Shown: positions 39,495-56,197, counted from the first letter of the stretch. The stretch: DNA of 64,000 nt from Octopus vulgaris (GCA_951406725.2 OX597816.1:71734001-71798000); one strand, 5' to 3'. Program-made: numbers and translations. The notes: generated from the letters alone by a model not told the origin.

Positions 39495-40616
39495 GCCAGA
39501 GAGGGAGACAGAGCCAGAGGGAGAGAGAGAGAGAGAAGAGAAAGGAGAAAAGAGAAGGAGTGATTGTCTCTTTTCTGCTATTTATCTTTTGTAACCTTTA
39601 CAGAGAATAGTATTTGTAATGCTTCCTGATTTAGCGGCCTACCCTACTAACTTTTGATCTGCAAACGTGTGTGGAGGGGGTTATACAGTAAGCAGACAGT
39701 CTCCAACAATAACTAGATAGTTATGAGTTCCGTTTATTAATGAGCTTTTACTCACATATTTGGGACTGTTCAGCTGTTCTGTTGTTGCACACACATTAAT
39801 TTTCTTCGAGCGTATCCAAAATGAGGCCATCCGTCTGATTGGCCAATTTTCCCTTCCCAACATTCTACCATAAGCATTGCTTCGCAGTTGTGCTACTGTT
39901 TCCTTTCTCTGCCTTTTGCAAACAGTTTCCTTCTGCTCCCTTGAACTAGCAAGCTGTGTAGTTATTTCACCCCCTACACTTCATTTAACGACCACACCTT
40001 CCTCGAGGCAATGAGGAAGCCTCTTTGTAGTAACTTGATCTGCTAGAAATAGCAGTACGGTATCTTTCAAACCATGTCCTACTGTCTTAATTGAATATAC
40101 TATTTATAGCGAACTCAGTACTATGTCTGGTAATATCCTATCCAGCTTGGTGGATGACAGTAAATATATTTATGTATGTATGTATGTATGTATGTATGTA
40201 TGTATGTATGTATGTATGTATGTATAATGATAAACCACGTGTATAACAACAAAAGCAGCAGACCTCAATATCATTGAAATAGAGTACTAAGACGGCGAAT
40301 CCATTTTGCATAAGTCACGCATTGTTTGCAACCACTGCTAGAAATTAATTTGACGTGTTAAGAAGTGAATATTGAATGTTATATCATTATATCATACTAT
40401 AAATCTAAGTCTTTCACTGACACTGGGCGTATATAAATTGAATTAGATTAACTGTTTTGGGCAGATGTACAACAGCCAATTGTAAATAATGTATCCCTGA
40501 TAGATACTTTAATTAATTATTGATACACTACTAAATTAATAAATAAATTATTGATGTACTAATCACAAACACATACATATACACACATACACACACATGC
40601 ATACAAACTTACACAA

Positions 40617-40677
<61 letters not shown>

Positions 40678-40690
40678 TGTGTGTGTAGGC

Positions 40691-40775
<85 letters not shown>

Positions 40776-40776
<1 letters not shown>

Positions 40777-41720
40777 TGATATTCTCATTCAGAAAACTTG
40801 GGTAACAGAAGAAGTTATGCCTCAAATCTTTCATTGATTTCCTAGAATTTAATAAAAAGATAGCGCCAGTAACCATCAAGAACAATAGAACAAACCAATT
40901 AAAGAGGATTACGTAAAATGTTGATTCTGAAGATCAAAATGAATTATAGATTCTTGTGGTGACCGTTTATCTAAAGAAGAACTTCTGTCAATTCGCAAGA
41001 CAAAATATCTAAATGAGTCTGGAGTCTGGTTAGAGTCAGTTACACTAGTACAAACATGTATATAATATATATATATCTTTATATATAAAAGTGAAGTTGT
41101 GTGTCTGTCTCCTACGATTTAGATTCCTAACTACTCCCACATTTTGCGGTGCAGTTTAACCAAAACCGGGTATCTTATAGTCGTGATTCATATCGAGCCC
41201 TTCTGGGTATTAGCGAGCGTCTACGATGAGTCTACGATTAAAAAAAAAATTACCATAATTTTTTTTCCATTTTAATGCATTTTATTTCGCTATTATATAA
41301 GGGAAGTAACTCTCTAAAATTGTCTACGATGAGTCAACGATTTAAAAAAAAATTTACCATCATTTTTTCCCATTTTTAATGCATTTTTTGCTATTTTTTG
41401 GCTATAACTCTCTAAAAATGCTTATATAGTTATTTCCCTTACAAACCCGAGCAACGCCGGGCGATACTGCTAGTTCCATATATATACATATATACGTACA
41501 CATACATATATGCATACATACATACATACATCCATACATCACCAAAATTAAGGTAACAGCGGTCCACTGTATTGAGAATGACCCTACCTGGGGGCTCAGT
41601 AGTAGTTCAAAAGAAAGGTGATTTGAACATGATAATTTCTTACCACGAACTGCTTCGAGAGAAAAGATTCAAGAACGAAGAGCAGCAGTTAATTTGCACA
41701 ATGGAAGATCCGAAATGAGT
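40776..41720 (+). pseudogene. Decayed pogo/Tigger-like transposase C-terminal tail, split by a Helitron
   Basis: VDSEDQNEL.DSCGDRLSKEELL (40920-40987) and IENDPTWGSVVVQ..IISYHELLREK (41571-41665) resemble Tigger C-terminal motifs. Confidence 0.5.
41076..41473 (+). mobile_element. Non-autonomous Helitron with internal ~100-bp tandem duplication
   Basis: A|TCTTTATATATAAAAG start; cccgagcaacgccggg hairpin then CTAG|T end; no TSD; gtctacgatgagtc unit at 41219 and 41322. Confidence 0.88.
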
Positions 41721-42661
41721 CTGGAGACCCTAGTTTAGAGCCAGTAAACACCAGAAAGAATTCTTACAACATGAGTTCCTCAATAACAGAATTAGCAAAA
41801 TTAAGAATACTACGGCCCACGTTACTGAAAATGACTCTGCTTCAGAGTACAGCACTAGTAAAAGGATCTCTTCCAGACACGATACCTTGCTACTGTGATT
41901 TATTTCGTGACAAAAGGTTAAAGAAAACGCTGACAATATTAATGTATGTATTAAAACAGCGTGACGTGAGAAAGAAGCATAGCTTCAGATTTTCTTTCTT
42001 ATATATTATCTTTTATTCACAACTGCTAAGGTAAGAGTTTGTAATTTCATGATAATTTTAGATTACAATTTACACAACGTATAACATCACATTGTATGAG
42101 GTCTTCAAAATTATTAAAATCTTTGAGAGTACAACAGTAAGCCTCTGGATTTGTTCAGCATTTAGCCATGTTTATCATCTCCATCTCCGTTTGTAACACT
42201 GTTGAAAATTATATTTCAAGCACGTATCTGTTATGTAATTTATGTTATGTTATTAAGACCCCCATGCTGTTTCATTTGCTGCTGCCTTTTTGAGGAACAT
42301 ATCATGAGCGCAAACCGATCTATTGCTGTGCGTGTACGTGTGTGTAAACACACACATGTATATATAAGGGATGTGTGTGTGTGCGTAAGGTATGTTTTGT
42401 GGATGTCAACTTATTTCCAAGAACAACTATTCCTGGACATTGACAGAATTTTTTAGCTACAGTTTATCTGTGGCTGTAACTTTTGAGATGGTTCTTTTTT
42501 TTTTCCAGCCACTAACTTATAACTCATTCTGTGAATTGGATATTTCAGCTTATATGATGGGCCTTCTTCATTTGGGTGGCATGCTTTGAGACGACATTTT
42601 ATCCACACATGCACGCCTCAGAATACTATACTTTGCCACATACATCATAGAGAACGTCAAC

Positions 42662-42835
42662 CAGAGTATTATGTTGTTTGACAGATTCATGAGTAACGTG
42701 TTTCCATTCATGGTTAATCAATACCGGTTTTGAAAGGCATAAAGGTTTGTGACCGTATACGCCTTTCAAAAGCGATATTGATTAGTTATGAGTGAAGACA
42801 TGTTACTCACGAAGCTGTCAAACAATAATACCCTG
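42662..42835. mobile_element. Old palindromic MITE-like element
   Basis: ~78-bp arms (cagagtatta..gaaaggcata / tacgcctttc..taataccctg) with about a dozen mismatches and a short spacer. Confidence 0.7.
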
Positions 42836-43084
42836 ATTGCAAGCGTTGCATTTTAGGAAGTGTTTAAAGCCAATTTCTGAGAGTGATGCGAGTCTTCATG
42901 TTTCATTGTACATTTTAAGTGGGCATAAGTTATGGACTTTGTCTCAGCCTCTTCAACACTATTGGCAATTAAACTTCTATACCGGTGCCTGTTTGGACGC
43001 TAGCGAATTGGCACAGTTGATTGGGAATTGTACTTGATTTGGCGATGGCTTTGTTTTTTTGCTTTTTTTTTTGGGGCGTCAGTA

Positions 43085-43342
43085 CTTTTTAGCACTGGAA
43101 GCAAACAGGTGCACACACGCACGCTTATCATCTAAAGAGTGGTAAAACACCAGAAAGAGATGGCATTCTGTCTGAATTGATAAAGGCAAAATTATAAAGA
43201 ACACGTAAATTTGCTGATTAGCGTATTCCACCAAGTTTGGCAGGAGGGTATAATCCCACAAGAATGGAGAAAGGCCATTCTTGCCTCTCTCTTCAAGAAT
43301 GGATAAAAAATTAAACGTGTGTAACTACTGCGGATTATCTTC
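43085..43342 (+). pseudogene. RTE-like LINE RT N-terminal fragment
   Basis: HLKSGKTPERDGILSELIK..VFHQVWQEGIIPQEWRKAILASLFKNG..CNYCGLS. Confidence 0.8.
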
Positions 43343-43447
43343 ACACGTACACACACACTTTATACGGTCGAATGTTCAAGATGGCTGTTCGTCAATAAAG
43401 TACTCGATGCATTCAAAAACATACAAAAAATTTTTTATATAAACTGC

Positions 43448-46500
<3,053 letters not shown>

Positions 46501-46724
46501 ATTGTTATTATTATTATTATATCAATTTTGGTGTATTTATTTATACTTTCTCCTCTCTTTCTCTCTATTTCTCTCTCTCTCGTTCCTTTTCTTTCTCTCT
46601 TCCTCTTTAAGATTGAAAACCAAACGTTACTTTAATCCAATATATTGGTTTTTTGAACGGCGTGTTGTTCATGTAATATATCAGACGGAAATTGCCGAAT
46701 AGAAAAGCTATTAGTCAAGCGCTG

Positions 46725-47520
46725 TTCGTACTGCGAGTCTGAATCCGCTGTACGTACTGCATTTTTGAATCCATCGTATGTATTACGACTTTGAATCCAC
46801 TGTAGTAGTTTGTTCCCTTACTAATTGAGTTGTCACGAGCTGCCTCGCTCAGTTGTCGCCAAGTGACTACTTCGTTAAGTCGTCAGCGGCTGAGGCCAAC
46901 TGATTTTTGCTTGGGGTGTGCTTGCTTTTATAACTACCCAGAAGGATAGACATATCATTGAGAACAATAGATTTAGTTGGTAGTCTTGCTATCTCTATTC
47001 TAGCTTTTGGTGAAGTAGAAAAGGTTAGAAAGGGTCAAGTGGTGAAGACGTTATTTCGGCCTAGCTAAAGGCATCTGGAAAACCATTGTTCCACCGTGCG
47101 AAAAGTTCTGTTGCATGGTTAATTTAAATTTGGCTATGGTGGATCGAATCCACTTCATGCAAGCAAGATTCACTACACACTGTATGTGCAGCGAATTTTA
47201 ATCCACTGCAAGTACTACGAATTTGAATCTATTGTCCGACTTTCGATTCTGAATCCATTGTACGTACTTCGAGTTGGAATCCATTGTACGTACTCGTGTT
47301 TTAATCCTCTGTGCGAACTACGAGTTTCAGTCCATTGCACGTACTGCGAGTTTGAATCCACTGTACGTGCGACGAATTTTAATCCACTGTACGTACTTCG
47401 GGTTTTAATCCTCTGTGCCTACTAGGAGTTTGAATCCATTGTACATACTGCGAGTTAGAATCCACTGTACGTACTGCGAGTTTTACGTACTGCGAGTACA
47501 TACTGTAAGCTTGAAACCGC
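46725..47520. repeat. Degenerate ~26-bp minisatellite (gtacgtactgcgagtttgaatccact) with a ~340-bp insertion
   Basis: Units at 46725-46805 and ~47146-47520. Confidence 0.8.
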
Positions 47521-48629
47521 TGCTGATTTCGTCTTCTCTTATCGCCTTCAATTATGATTCCATTCCGTTCTATAGATTCTAAATCGATCACAGTAAATAG
47601 CAGGCACTTTATGTCTCCGTTAAAGCGTCACCCGGGGTGGACTGCCCCTCATCCTTCTCCTTGTGAGCTACTACTTACATAAAACAATAAAATATTAATT
47701 GAATGATAAATCAATACACACAAGTACGTTATCATTTATTTTTTCAAGGTAAATGTTATTGTCTACCGTTTCCCTGTGTGTGTGTGAGAGAGAGAAAGAG
47801 TGTGTGTGTGTGTGTGTGTGTGTCTGTGAGAGTGAACGTGGGTGTGGGTGTGTGTGTATGTATATATGCGTTTGCGGAGGCGCGTGAGCATGTGTGTGTG
47901 TGCATGTGTGTGCGTGTGCGCGTGTGTCTGTGTGGGTGTGCATGTGTATATGTGTGTGTTCGTGTGTGCGTGTGTGTGAGCATGTGCGTGTGTGTATGTG
48001 TGTATGTGTGTGTGTGTTTGTGTATGTGTATGGGTATGTGTATGTGTGGGAGTGTGAGGGTATGGGTGTGTATGTGTGTATGCGTATGTTGTGTGTGTAT
48101 GTTTGTATGTGTGTATGTGTTTACGTTTGTGTGTGTGTGTGTGTGTACGCGTGTATATGTAACCGTTCGTGCTCTTTTCTTTCTCGATGTAAATCATCTG
48201 CCATTTTGTGCCTTGTCATTGTAATGTCCATCAGCTAATGCCTCTGTGACAAAGAAACATATTGTGTCAGATAGGAAGCATCTTTATTCATAGCTATTTT
48301 GTATGCATTTTATCTATTCTCTCTCTGACCCCAATGTAACGGTCGGAAAGAATAGATAAAACAGAGATTTAGCCTTGTTTATCACTGATTCATTCATCGC
48401 GGATCCTGGATAACGCGGTACGGTCAACAGCGAACTATTTTGCGCTTATCACGGACTGATCTGTAGTAACGCGGGTCGGCAATCAGTTGACGATTCTGGT
48501 TCTATCACAAGGACAATCCCAGTGACTACCCACAATACTCAAATACCTAAAATGTACTGGCTATCGCTTGCGTTTACATGAACGCGTTGGGAAGGGGTGT
48601 TGATTCATTTATCACTATTTTAAAAAATT

Positions 48630-48815
48630 CTTTTTACTTGTTTTACTCATTTGACTGCGGCCATGCCGGAGCACCGCCTTGAAGAGTTTTAGTCGAAGAA
48701 ATCGACCCCCACGACATACTTTTTGTAAGCCTAGTACTTATTTTATCGGATTCTTTTGTCGAACTGCATCGGTTGTCAAGCGATGGTGATGGGGTACAAA
48801 TACAAACACACACAT
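48630..48815 (-). mobile_element. SINE-B 3' part
   Basis: catttgactgcggccatgccggagcaccgcc..gtaagcctagtacttat. Confidence 0.8.
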
Positions 48816-48840
48816 AAATATATACATACATACATATTTC

Positions 48841-48936
<96 letters not shown>

Positions 48937-48983
48937 TTAATAAACGCGCATGCATGTGTACGAAGACGAAACGGAACGAAAAG

Positions 48984-49169
48984 GAGATGCTACGAGGTTA
49001 GGGATTGAAAGAATTTAATGGACAAGATCCTTTATGTTAGAAGTCAAGAAGAGTTAAGCATAAACGGGATTTCAGTGAGATGCTACGAAGTTAGGGATCG
49101 AATAAATTTAATGGATAAGACTTATCTGATGTTAGAAATCAAGAAGTGATAAACAAACAGGATTTCAAT
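48984..49169. repeat. Diverged 93-bp tandem duplication
   Basis: gagatgctacga.gttagggat starts at 48984 and 49077. Confidence 0.85.
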
Positions 49170-49873
49170 GATAGAATATTATTATTACAGCTTAAACAGC
49201 CGATGCTTCATAGAATATTGTGGTTCTTGAAAAATTTTCTTATAAACGAACTTACTGGAGATGAGGTGAAAGACTGGATCAATAGAGAAAGAAAAAGCCC
49301 TCAGGGTGGTTTTGGTGTCTGATCTCACTTGATTCTACAAGACATAGGAGAAATGATACGAAAGACGACACATCAAAGAGTCTGTGAAGATTTCCATTCC
49401 TGTAGATGAAACAATCATCAAGAGAAACTATTTTCTAATCTTGTTTAATTCCTTTTTTTTTTTTGCCTTGTTTTATTTTGTTTTACTTTGTTTTCGTCCT
49501 TCTGCTTTATCGTAATTTTAGCCGTTTGAATAAAAACTTTTTTTCTTTTTTTGCTAAAGACTAGAAGAATACAAGTGATATCTATGGAATATAATAAAAC
49601 CAGAACGTATATATCTTCAGGCGAAAGAAGACAACATTGATATGTTAATTTGATTTAGTTTCCTTCCATTGCATTGCTGTTTTCCAATATTCTGTACCTG
49701 GGTTACATAGATTTCCACCCGGCCGAAAGAATCATCGTCTGCTTCAATCGGATGACTAATGGATGCGTGTCACGAGAGTGAGGCTTCCTGAAAAATTGAT
49801 CGCGCTTCTGTTTCACAAGAATCCAATGCACAGGCTTGCCAAAACCTAGAAGTAACTTCTCTCTCTCCCTCTT

Positions 49874-49910
<37 letters not shown>

Positions 49911-50081
49911 TTCACTCTCTCTCCTTCTCTCTTTCTTTTCTTGTCCTACACTCTCTTTCTTTCTCTTCCTCTCTCTCTTCCCCTCTCTTTCTCTTTCCTT
50001 TCTTTCATTTAACAATAGAAAATCGTCATTTATCGTTGTCATCATCGTCATCGCCACCGTCGTCGCCATCATCATCAACAT

Positions 50082-50133
<52 letters not shown>

Positions 50134-50580
50134 GTCATCGTCATCATCATCATCATCATCGTCGTCACCATCTTCAATCATTCAGCCGTCACCATCCTAG
50201 CTACCTTCAACCCCGCCGCCACCATTACCCCCGACATCAACAGCAAACACACGTAACACCAGTGTCACCACCAACACCACCAATGCCAACACCATCAATC
50301 AACAACAACAAAAGAACACCAACACCACCATACCATCGTCACCCCCACCACCACCACCACAACCATCACACCAAGAACAAAATCCTATGAAACACAATCA
50401 ACATCAGCGTCACCATCACCATCATGGTAAATGCATATTTATTGCTTGTTGCTTCGTCAGAAAAGTCAGTGTTTTGCAATTATGGCTGTGGTTTAGAACA
50501 GGAAATAGGGCAGAGCCGTCTTCAGACGTGGGAACGTACTCACACACACACATATGAACCTACACCAAAATATAAACCAA

Positions 50581-51553
50581 ATACCTATTTCTTTACAACC
50601 CACGACGGGCGAAACATAGAGGGGACAAACAAGGACAGACAAACGGATTAAGTCGATTACATCGACCCCAGTGCGTAACTGGTGCTTAATTTATCGACCC
50701 CGAAAAGATGAAAGGCAAAGTCGACCTCGGCGGAATTTGAACTCAGAACGTAACGGCGGACGAAATACCTATTTCTTTACTACCCACGAGGGGCTAAACA
50801 CAGAGAGGACAAACAAGGACAGACAAACGGATTTAGTCGATTACATCGACCCCAGTGCGTAACTGGTACTTAATTTATCGACCCCGAAAAGATGAAAGGC
50901 AAAGTCGACCTCGGCGGAATTTGAACTCAGAACGTAACGGCAGACGAAATACCTGTTTCTTTACTACCCACGAGGGGCTGAACACAGAGAGGACAAACAA
51001 GGACAGACGAACGGATTAAGTCGATTACATCGACCCCAGTGCGTAACTGGTACTTATTTAATCGACCCCGAAAGGATGAAAGGCAAAGTCGACCTCGGCG
51101 GAATTTGAACTCAGAACGTAACGGCAGACGAAATACCTATTTCTTTACTACCCACGTGGGGCTAAACACAGAGAGGACAAACAAGGACAGACGAACGGAT
51201 TAAGTCGATTACATCGACCCCAGTGCGTAACTGGTACTTATTTAATCGACCCCGAAAGGATGAAAGGCAAAGTCGACCTCGGCGGAATTTGAACTCAGAA
51301 CGTAACGGCAGACGAAATACCTATTTCTTTACTACCCACGTGGGGCTAAACACAGAGAGGACAAACAAGGACAGACAAACGGATTAAGTCGATCACATCG
51401 ACCCCAGTGCGTAACTGGTACTTATTTAATCGACCCCGAAAGGATGAAAGGGAAAGTCGACCTCGGCGGAGTTTGAACTCAGAACGTAATGGCAGACGAA
51501 ATACGGCTACGCATTCCGCCCTGCGTGCCAACGATTCTGCCAGCTCGCCACCT
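50581..51553 (-). mobile_element. SINE-A concatemer: one head plus five 184-bp body/tail-A units
   Basis: aaatacc unit starts at 50579, 50763, 50947, 51131, 51315; head only at 51499-51553; imperfect TSD tataaaccaaatacc / tataaaacgaaatacc. Confidence 0.95.
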
Positions 51554-52104
51554 TATAAAACGAAATACCAGCGATGTAATGGAACAGGGTATATGGCGAC
51601 CAGGTTAAAGATATACAAGGAAAGTCTTAGATGATTAATACGAGTTGTATGTAATATTCAATGTGAAATAAAGCAGAAATGAATATAACGGTGTGTGTGT
51701 ATTGCACATACATGTGTATGCATTTGTGTGTGTATGTGTGCCTGTGTCTGGACGTTAGAACATTAGAACATTGCTATTGTTCCAGTTTCAAGATATTTAC
51801 AGGAGAAATACTATTCCAGTTCATGTACACACACACACACACGCACACACAGAATCATATGCATCGATGTATGCATGTATGTATGTGTATGTATGTATGT
51901 ATGTATGTATGTATGTGTGTATGTATATATGTATATGCATATATACATACATACATATACATACATATATATTTATATGTTTATGAATATATGCACTCAC
52001 ACATACACGTACACACACACACGCACACACATATACCCATTCAATATATACATGTGTGTGCGTGTGTATATATGTACGAATGGAAACATATTTATATATG
52101 TAAG

Positions 52105-52136
<32 letters not shown>

Positions 52137-52249
52137 TATGTCTATATATGTATACATACATACATATGTATGTACATACATGTATATACATACATACGTA
52201 AAGTGTGTGCGTGTGTGTGTGTGTGTGTTATATATCAATACATATATAT

Positions 52250-52305
<56 letters not shown>

Positions 52306-52533
52306 GATGTTTGTCATGGCTGGACCACGATATTATTTCATTCTCAACACATTGTGGATGACGTCAAAAGCCAGACATGAACATCTCACTAAACTAATGG
52401 TATTGCATGTATAAAAACGAATAATAATTGCCATCAGAAGTATTTAATAGCATTTATACGTCCAAATAACGTCTGCTCGGTTTTTCAGGGTGACTTGTAG
52501 AGACAATAAAAAAGAGTCGGAAATGAAAGAGAA

Positions 52534-52718
52534 GCGAGTAGAATGTGTTTTGGCGCGGCAGTTTTGGCACAGCCGTTTTGGCGCAGCCGTTTTGGCGCAG
52601 CCGTTTTGGCGCAGCCGTTTTGGCGCAGCCGTTTTGGCGCAGCCGTTTTGGCGCAGCCGTTTTGGTGCAGCTGTTTTGGCATCGTTGATTCGTCGTTGAC
52701 TATTTCTCTTGTTCATTC

Positions 52719-52772
<54 letters not shown>

Positions 52773-52975
52773 ACTAATTTTCTTTCTAGTTATGTTTGTA
52801 TGTAGTGTAATGTTTCTCTCTCTCTCATTCACTCTGTCTGTACTGAGTGCGTGAATGCGCGTGTGTGTGCGTTTGCCTTCAGTGCCAAAACGTACAGTCG
52901 CCAAAACAGGTTGAATGTCCAGTCAGTCGTGCCACATCATCAGTGTCCGATTCTACGCAATTGTCTTCTCACTGA
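52534..52975. mobile_element. Probable non-autonomous DNA transposon with 15-bp subterminal tandem repeat (gccgttttggcgcag)n
   Basis: ~8 units at 52546-52680, inverted gccaaaac motifs at 52883-52910; homologous in reverse to 59880-60745. Confidence 0.6.
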
Positions 52976-53206
52976 GTCGAGGCAAAACTAAAAGCCATTC
53001 TTGAAGAAATCAATGACACAAATCTTAACTTGGATAGCAGCGGGATAGATGTTGTTTGTTTTGCTTGCTTTTCGTCTCTGTCTTCCTTTTATCATTTTTG
53101 CTTTTCTTAGTCAGAAGAGAAGTGAACGTGCACGGACTTGTGATTATTGAGTTGCACTGACGCTACACCAGTTCACTCAACAGTAAATCAAGTCCAGTAA
53201 CAGCTA

Positions 53207-53612
53207 ATGTCCATGGTGTTCAAGGTGTTTATGGCGTTCATGATGTTTATGATGTTTATGGTGTTCGTGGTGTTCAAGGTGTTTATGGTGTTCATGGTGT
53301 TCAATGTGTTTATCGTGTTCAAGGTGTTTATGACGTTCATGGTGTTTATGGTGTTTATGGCGTTCAAGGTGTTTATGGTGTTCATGGTGTTTATGGCGTT
53401 CATGGTACTCATGGTGTCCAATGCGTTTATGGTGTTCAATGTGTTTATGGTGTTCATGATGTTTATAGTGTTCATGGTGTTCGTGGCGTTCAAAGGGTTC
53501 AAGGTGTTTGTGGTGTTCATGGTGTTCATGGTGTTCATGGTGTTCATGGTGTTTATGGTGTCTATGATGTTCATGGTGTTCAATGCGTTTATGGTGTTCA
53601 TTGTGTTCAAGA
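53207..53612. repeat. 9-bp minisatellite (atggtgttc)n
   Basis: ~45 degenerate units without indels. Confidence 0.92.
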
Positions 53613-53698
53613 CATACCATAAATGTAAGTGCTAAATCACGATGGAAGAGGCTATGGCCTTGGCATTTGAACAACTTGCCTTGATTGACCGGTGTAAC

Positions 53699-53793
<95 letters not shown>

Positions 53794-53844
53794 ACTTACC
53801 TGGAAATGGATGTGTGGCGTTCAATCATATAATAATATAAATAT

Positions 53845-53892
<48 letters not shown>

Positions 53893-54171
53893 TATATACA
53901 TACATTTATGTACATACATATATATGTTTGTATATATATGTATATATGGGTACAAGGCGTCACAAAATATTAAGAACATGAAATACGAAAACAAACTTGG
54001 GTATACGAACAACGAGAGAAATAAATGGAAAACAAGACAAGTAACATAAAGAACGACCCTTCATCAGTTGTCAGCTGTTCATCTTCTCTACATTTCGAGC
54101 CATTAACGACAATATGAGGCTTCGAAAACCAGTTGCTCCCGCGAACCAAAATATAATTGGGGATTTGCGGC

Positions 54172-54322
54172 ACGGCGGGCTTCTTTCAGTTTCCGTCCAC
54201 CAAACCCTTTCACGAGGTATTGATTGACCTGGGCCTATAGTAGAACGCACTTACCCAAGGTACCTTGCAGTGTAACTCAATCCAGAACCATGTGGCTGGG
54301 AAGCAAACTTCATAACCACGCC
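54172..54322 (-). mobile_element. SINE-B 5' part
   Basis: gggcttctttcagtttccgtc..cccaaggtacc..ggctgggaagcaaactt. Confidence 0.75.
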
Positions 54323-54587
54323 GATATTAAATCTGTTAGCACGCTAGCTTAACTCTTTTTTTTTCCATACAGACGGTACCCCCGAGTAAAGTTTGTAATA
54401 ATGTGTTTTAATCTCAATAGTGTCATTAATTTTCTTTGTCTTCCTCTATAGTCATTTAAATTCGTTTTAAGCTAATTGAATTACATTAAGGTATGTCATA
54501 GTATTGCGACGATATAACTACTGTCATTTTATTTACGACCAGTGCAAGGATATCAGACCTCTATATATGAAGAAATAAATATATATG

Positions 54588-54663
<76 letters not shown>

Positions 54664-54929
54664 TGTATATATGTGTGTGCGTGTGTGTGCGTGTGTGTGT
54701 GTGTGTGTGTAAACAGATATACATACATATATGCGTACATACATTCATTCATTCATTCATTCATACATACATACGCGCTTACAAATACGTGCGTACACAC
54801 GCACATACACGCGTAACCCAGAAAGCAGGCATATATATATATATACATACATACATACATACATACATACATACATACATACATACATACATACATACAT
54901 ACATACATGGAGAGGGAGGGATAGAAAAA

Positions 54930-54972
<43 letters not shown>

Positions 54973-54987
54973 GAAGGAAGGAAGGAA

Positions 54988-55036
<49 letters not shown>

Positions 55037-55374
55037 GAAGGAAGAAAGTGGGAGAAGTGAGGCCACTTTGTCTTTATTATGTAGTCTCATGTTGGATAGT
55101 TAAACAAAGAATCAACCGAATTTGTTTCAATTACGCCATGTGAATTCATTAGTTATTGAATACTCCGTTTAATTGTCAAGGACGCTGATTTTAAACCTGT
55201 TGTTACTAAGGCCTTCAATAAACTGAATAAACCAATTTGCACGCATGATGCATTCTTGTTGTCTTTCCAATTAATGTATTACTGGCGCGTTAGCAGCCCA
55301 GATGATTACTCATTTCTGGCGTACAGTGAGGCTGTATATAAAGAGTTGTGTACGTTTGTCTATGCATACTATGT

Positions 55375-55572
55375 GGAGGCGCGTGGCTTAGTGGTTAGGG
55401 TGTCAGCATCATGATCGTAAGATTGGGGTTTCGATTATTGGACCGGGCGACGCGCTGTGTTCTTGAGCAAAACACTTCATTTTACGTTGCTCCAGTCCAC
55501 TCAGCTGGCAAAAATGAGTAACGCTGCGATGGAATGGCGTCCCGTCCAGCTCGGGAACACATATGCCATTGG
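55375..55572 (+). mobile_element. SINE-C (related copies 56851-57030, 57333-57690, 59735-59880, 61864-62085, and 14045-14226 on minus)
   Basis: ggaggcgcgtggcttagtggttag (A box), gtttcgatt (B box), tgttcttgagcaaaacacttcat..gttgctccagtccactcagctgg core. Confidence 0.85.
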
Positions 55573-55728
55573 AACTTAACTATGGTCTATCTATAGCACT
55601 TATTCAGCATTAGCTGACACCTTTGGGTCTCACTGACACCATTACCTCTCATAACCTATATATATATATGAATGTATGAATGTAAGTACTATGTACGTAT
55701 GTATGTATGTATGTATGTATGTATGTAT

Positions 55729-55786
<58 letters not shown>

Positions 55787-55988
55787 CATTATTATTATTA
55801 TATGTGTGTGTGTGTGTCTGTGTGTGTGTGTGTGTGCGTGTGCATGTACGTATAAATCTTGCCTGTTAAGTGCTCTCACTGCTAATGCTAAGAGTTACAT
55901 ATCTTCAATAGGCCATTGATTTCTGAATATTTCTAAAGTTGTCTTTGTTATTACGGCACAAAATTTTCCATACATAATATACATACAT

Positions 55989-56039
<51 letters not shown>

Positions 56040-56137
56040 TACATACATGTACATTTACACCTACCTACATACATAAATACATACATTCAGAGAGACTGAT
56101 ACAGATTGACACACAAATTGATAGCTACCTAGGTAGA

Positions 56138-56139
56138 TG

Positions 56140-56196
<57 letters not shown>

Positions 56197-56197
56197 G

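Noticed and set aside
39830-39850. CCAAT-box promoter (ctgattggccaat)
   Set aside because: Short motif with no supporting TSS, CpG island or downstream exon.
53948-54170. Hammerhead on the minus strand (ctcgaaatg...ctgatgaagg)
   Set aside because: Motifs are present but I cannot form stem III or a cleavage triplet; possibly a decayed PLE terminus.
55375-55450. tRNA genes at SINE heads
   Set aside because: A/B boxes present but no complete cloverleaf, and each continues into a SINE body.
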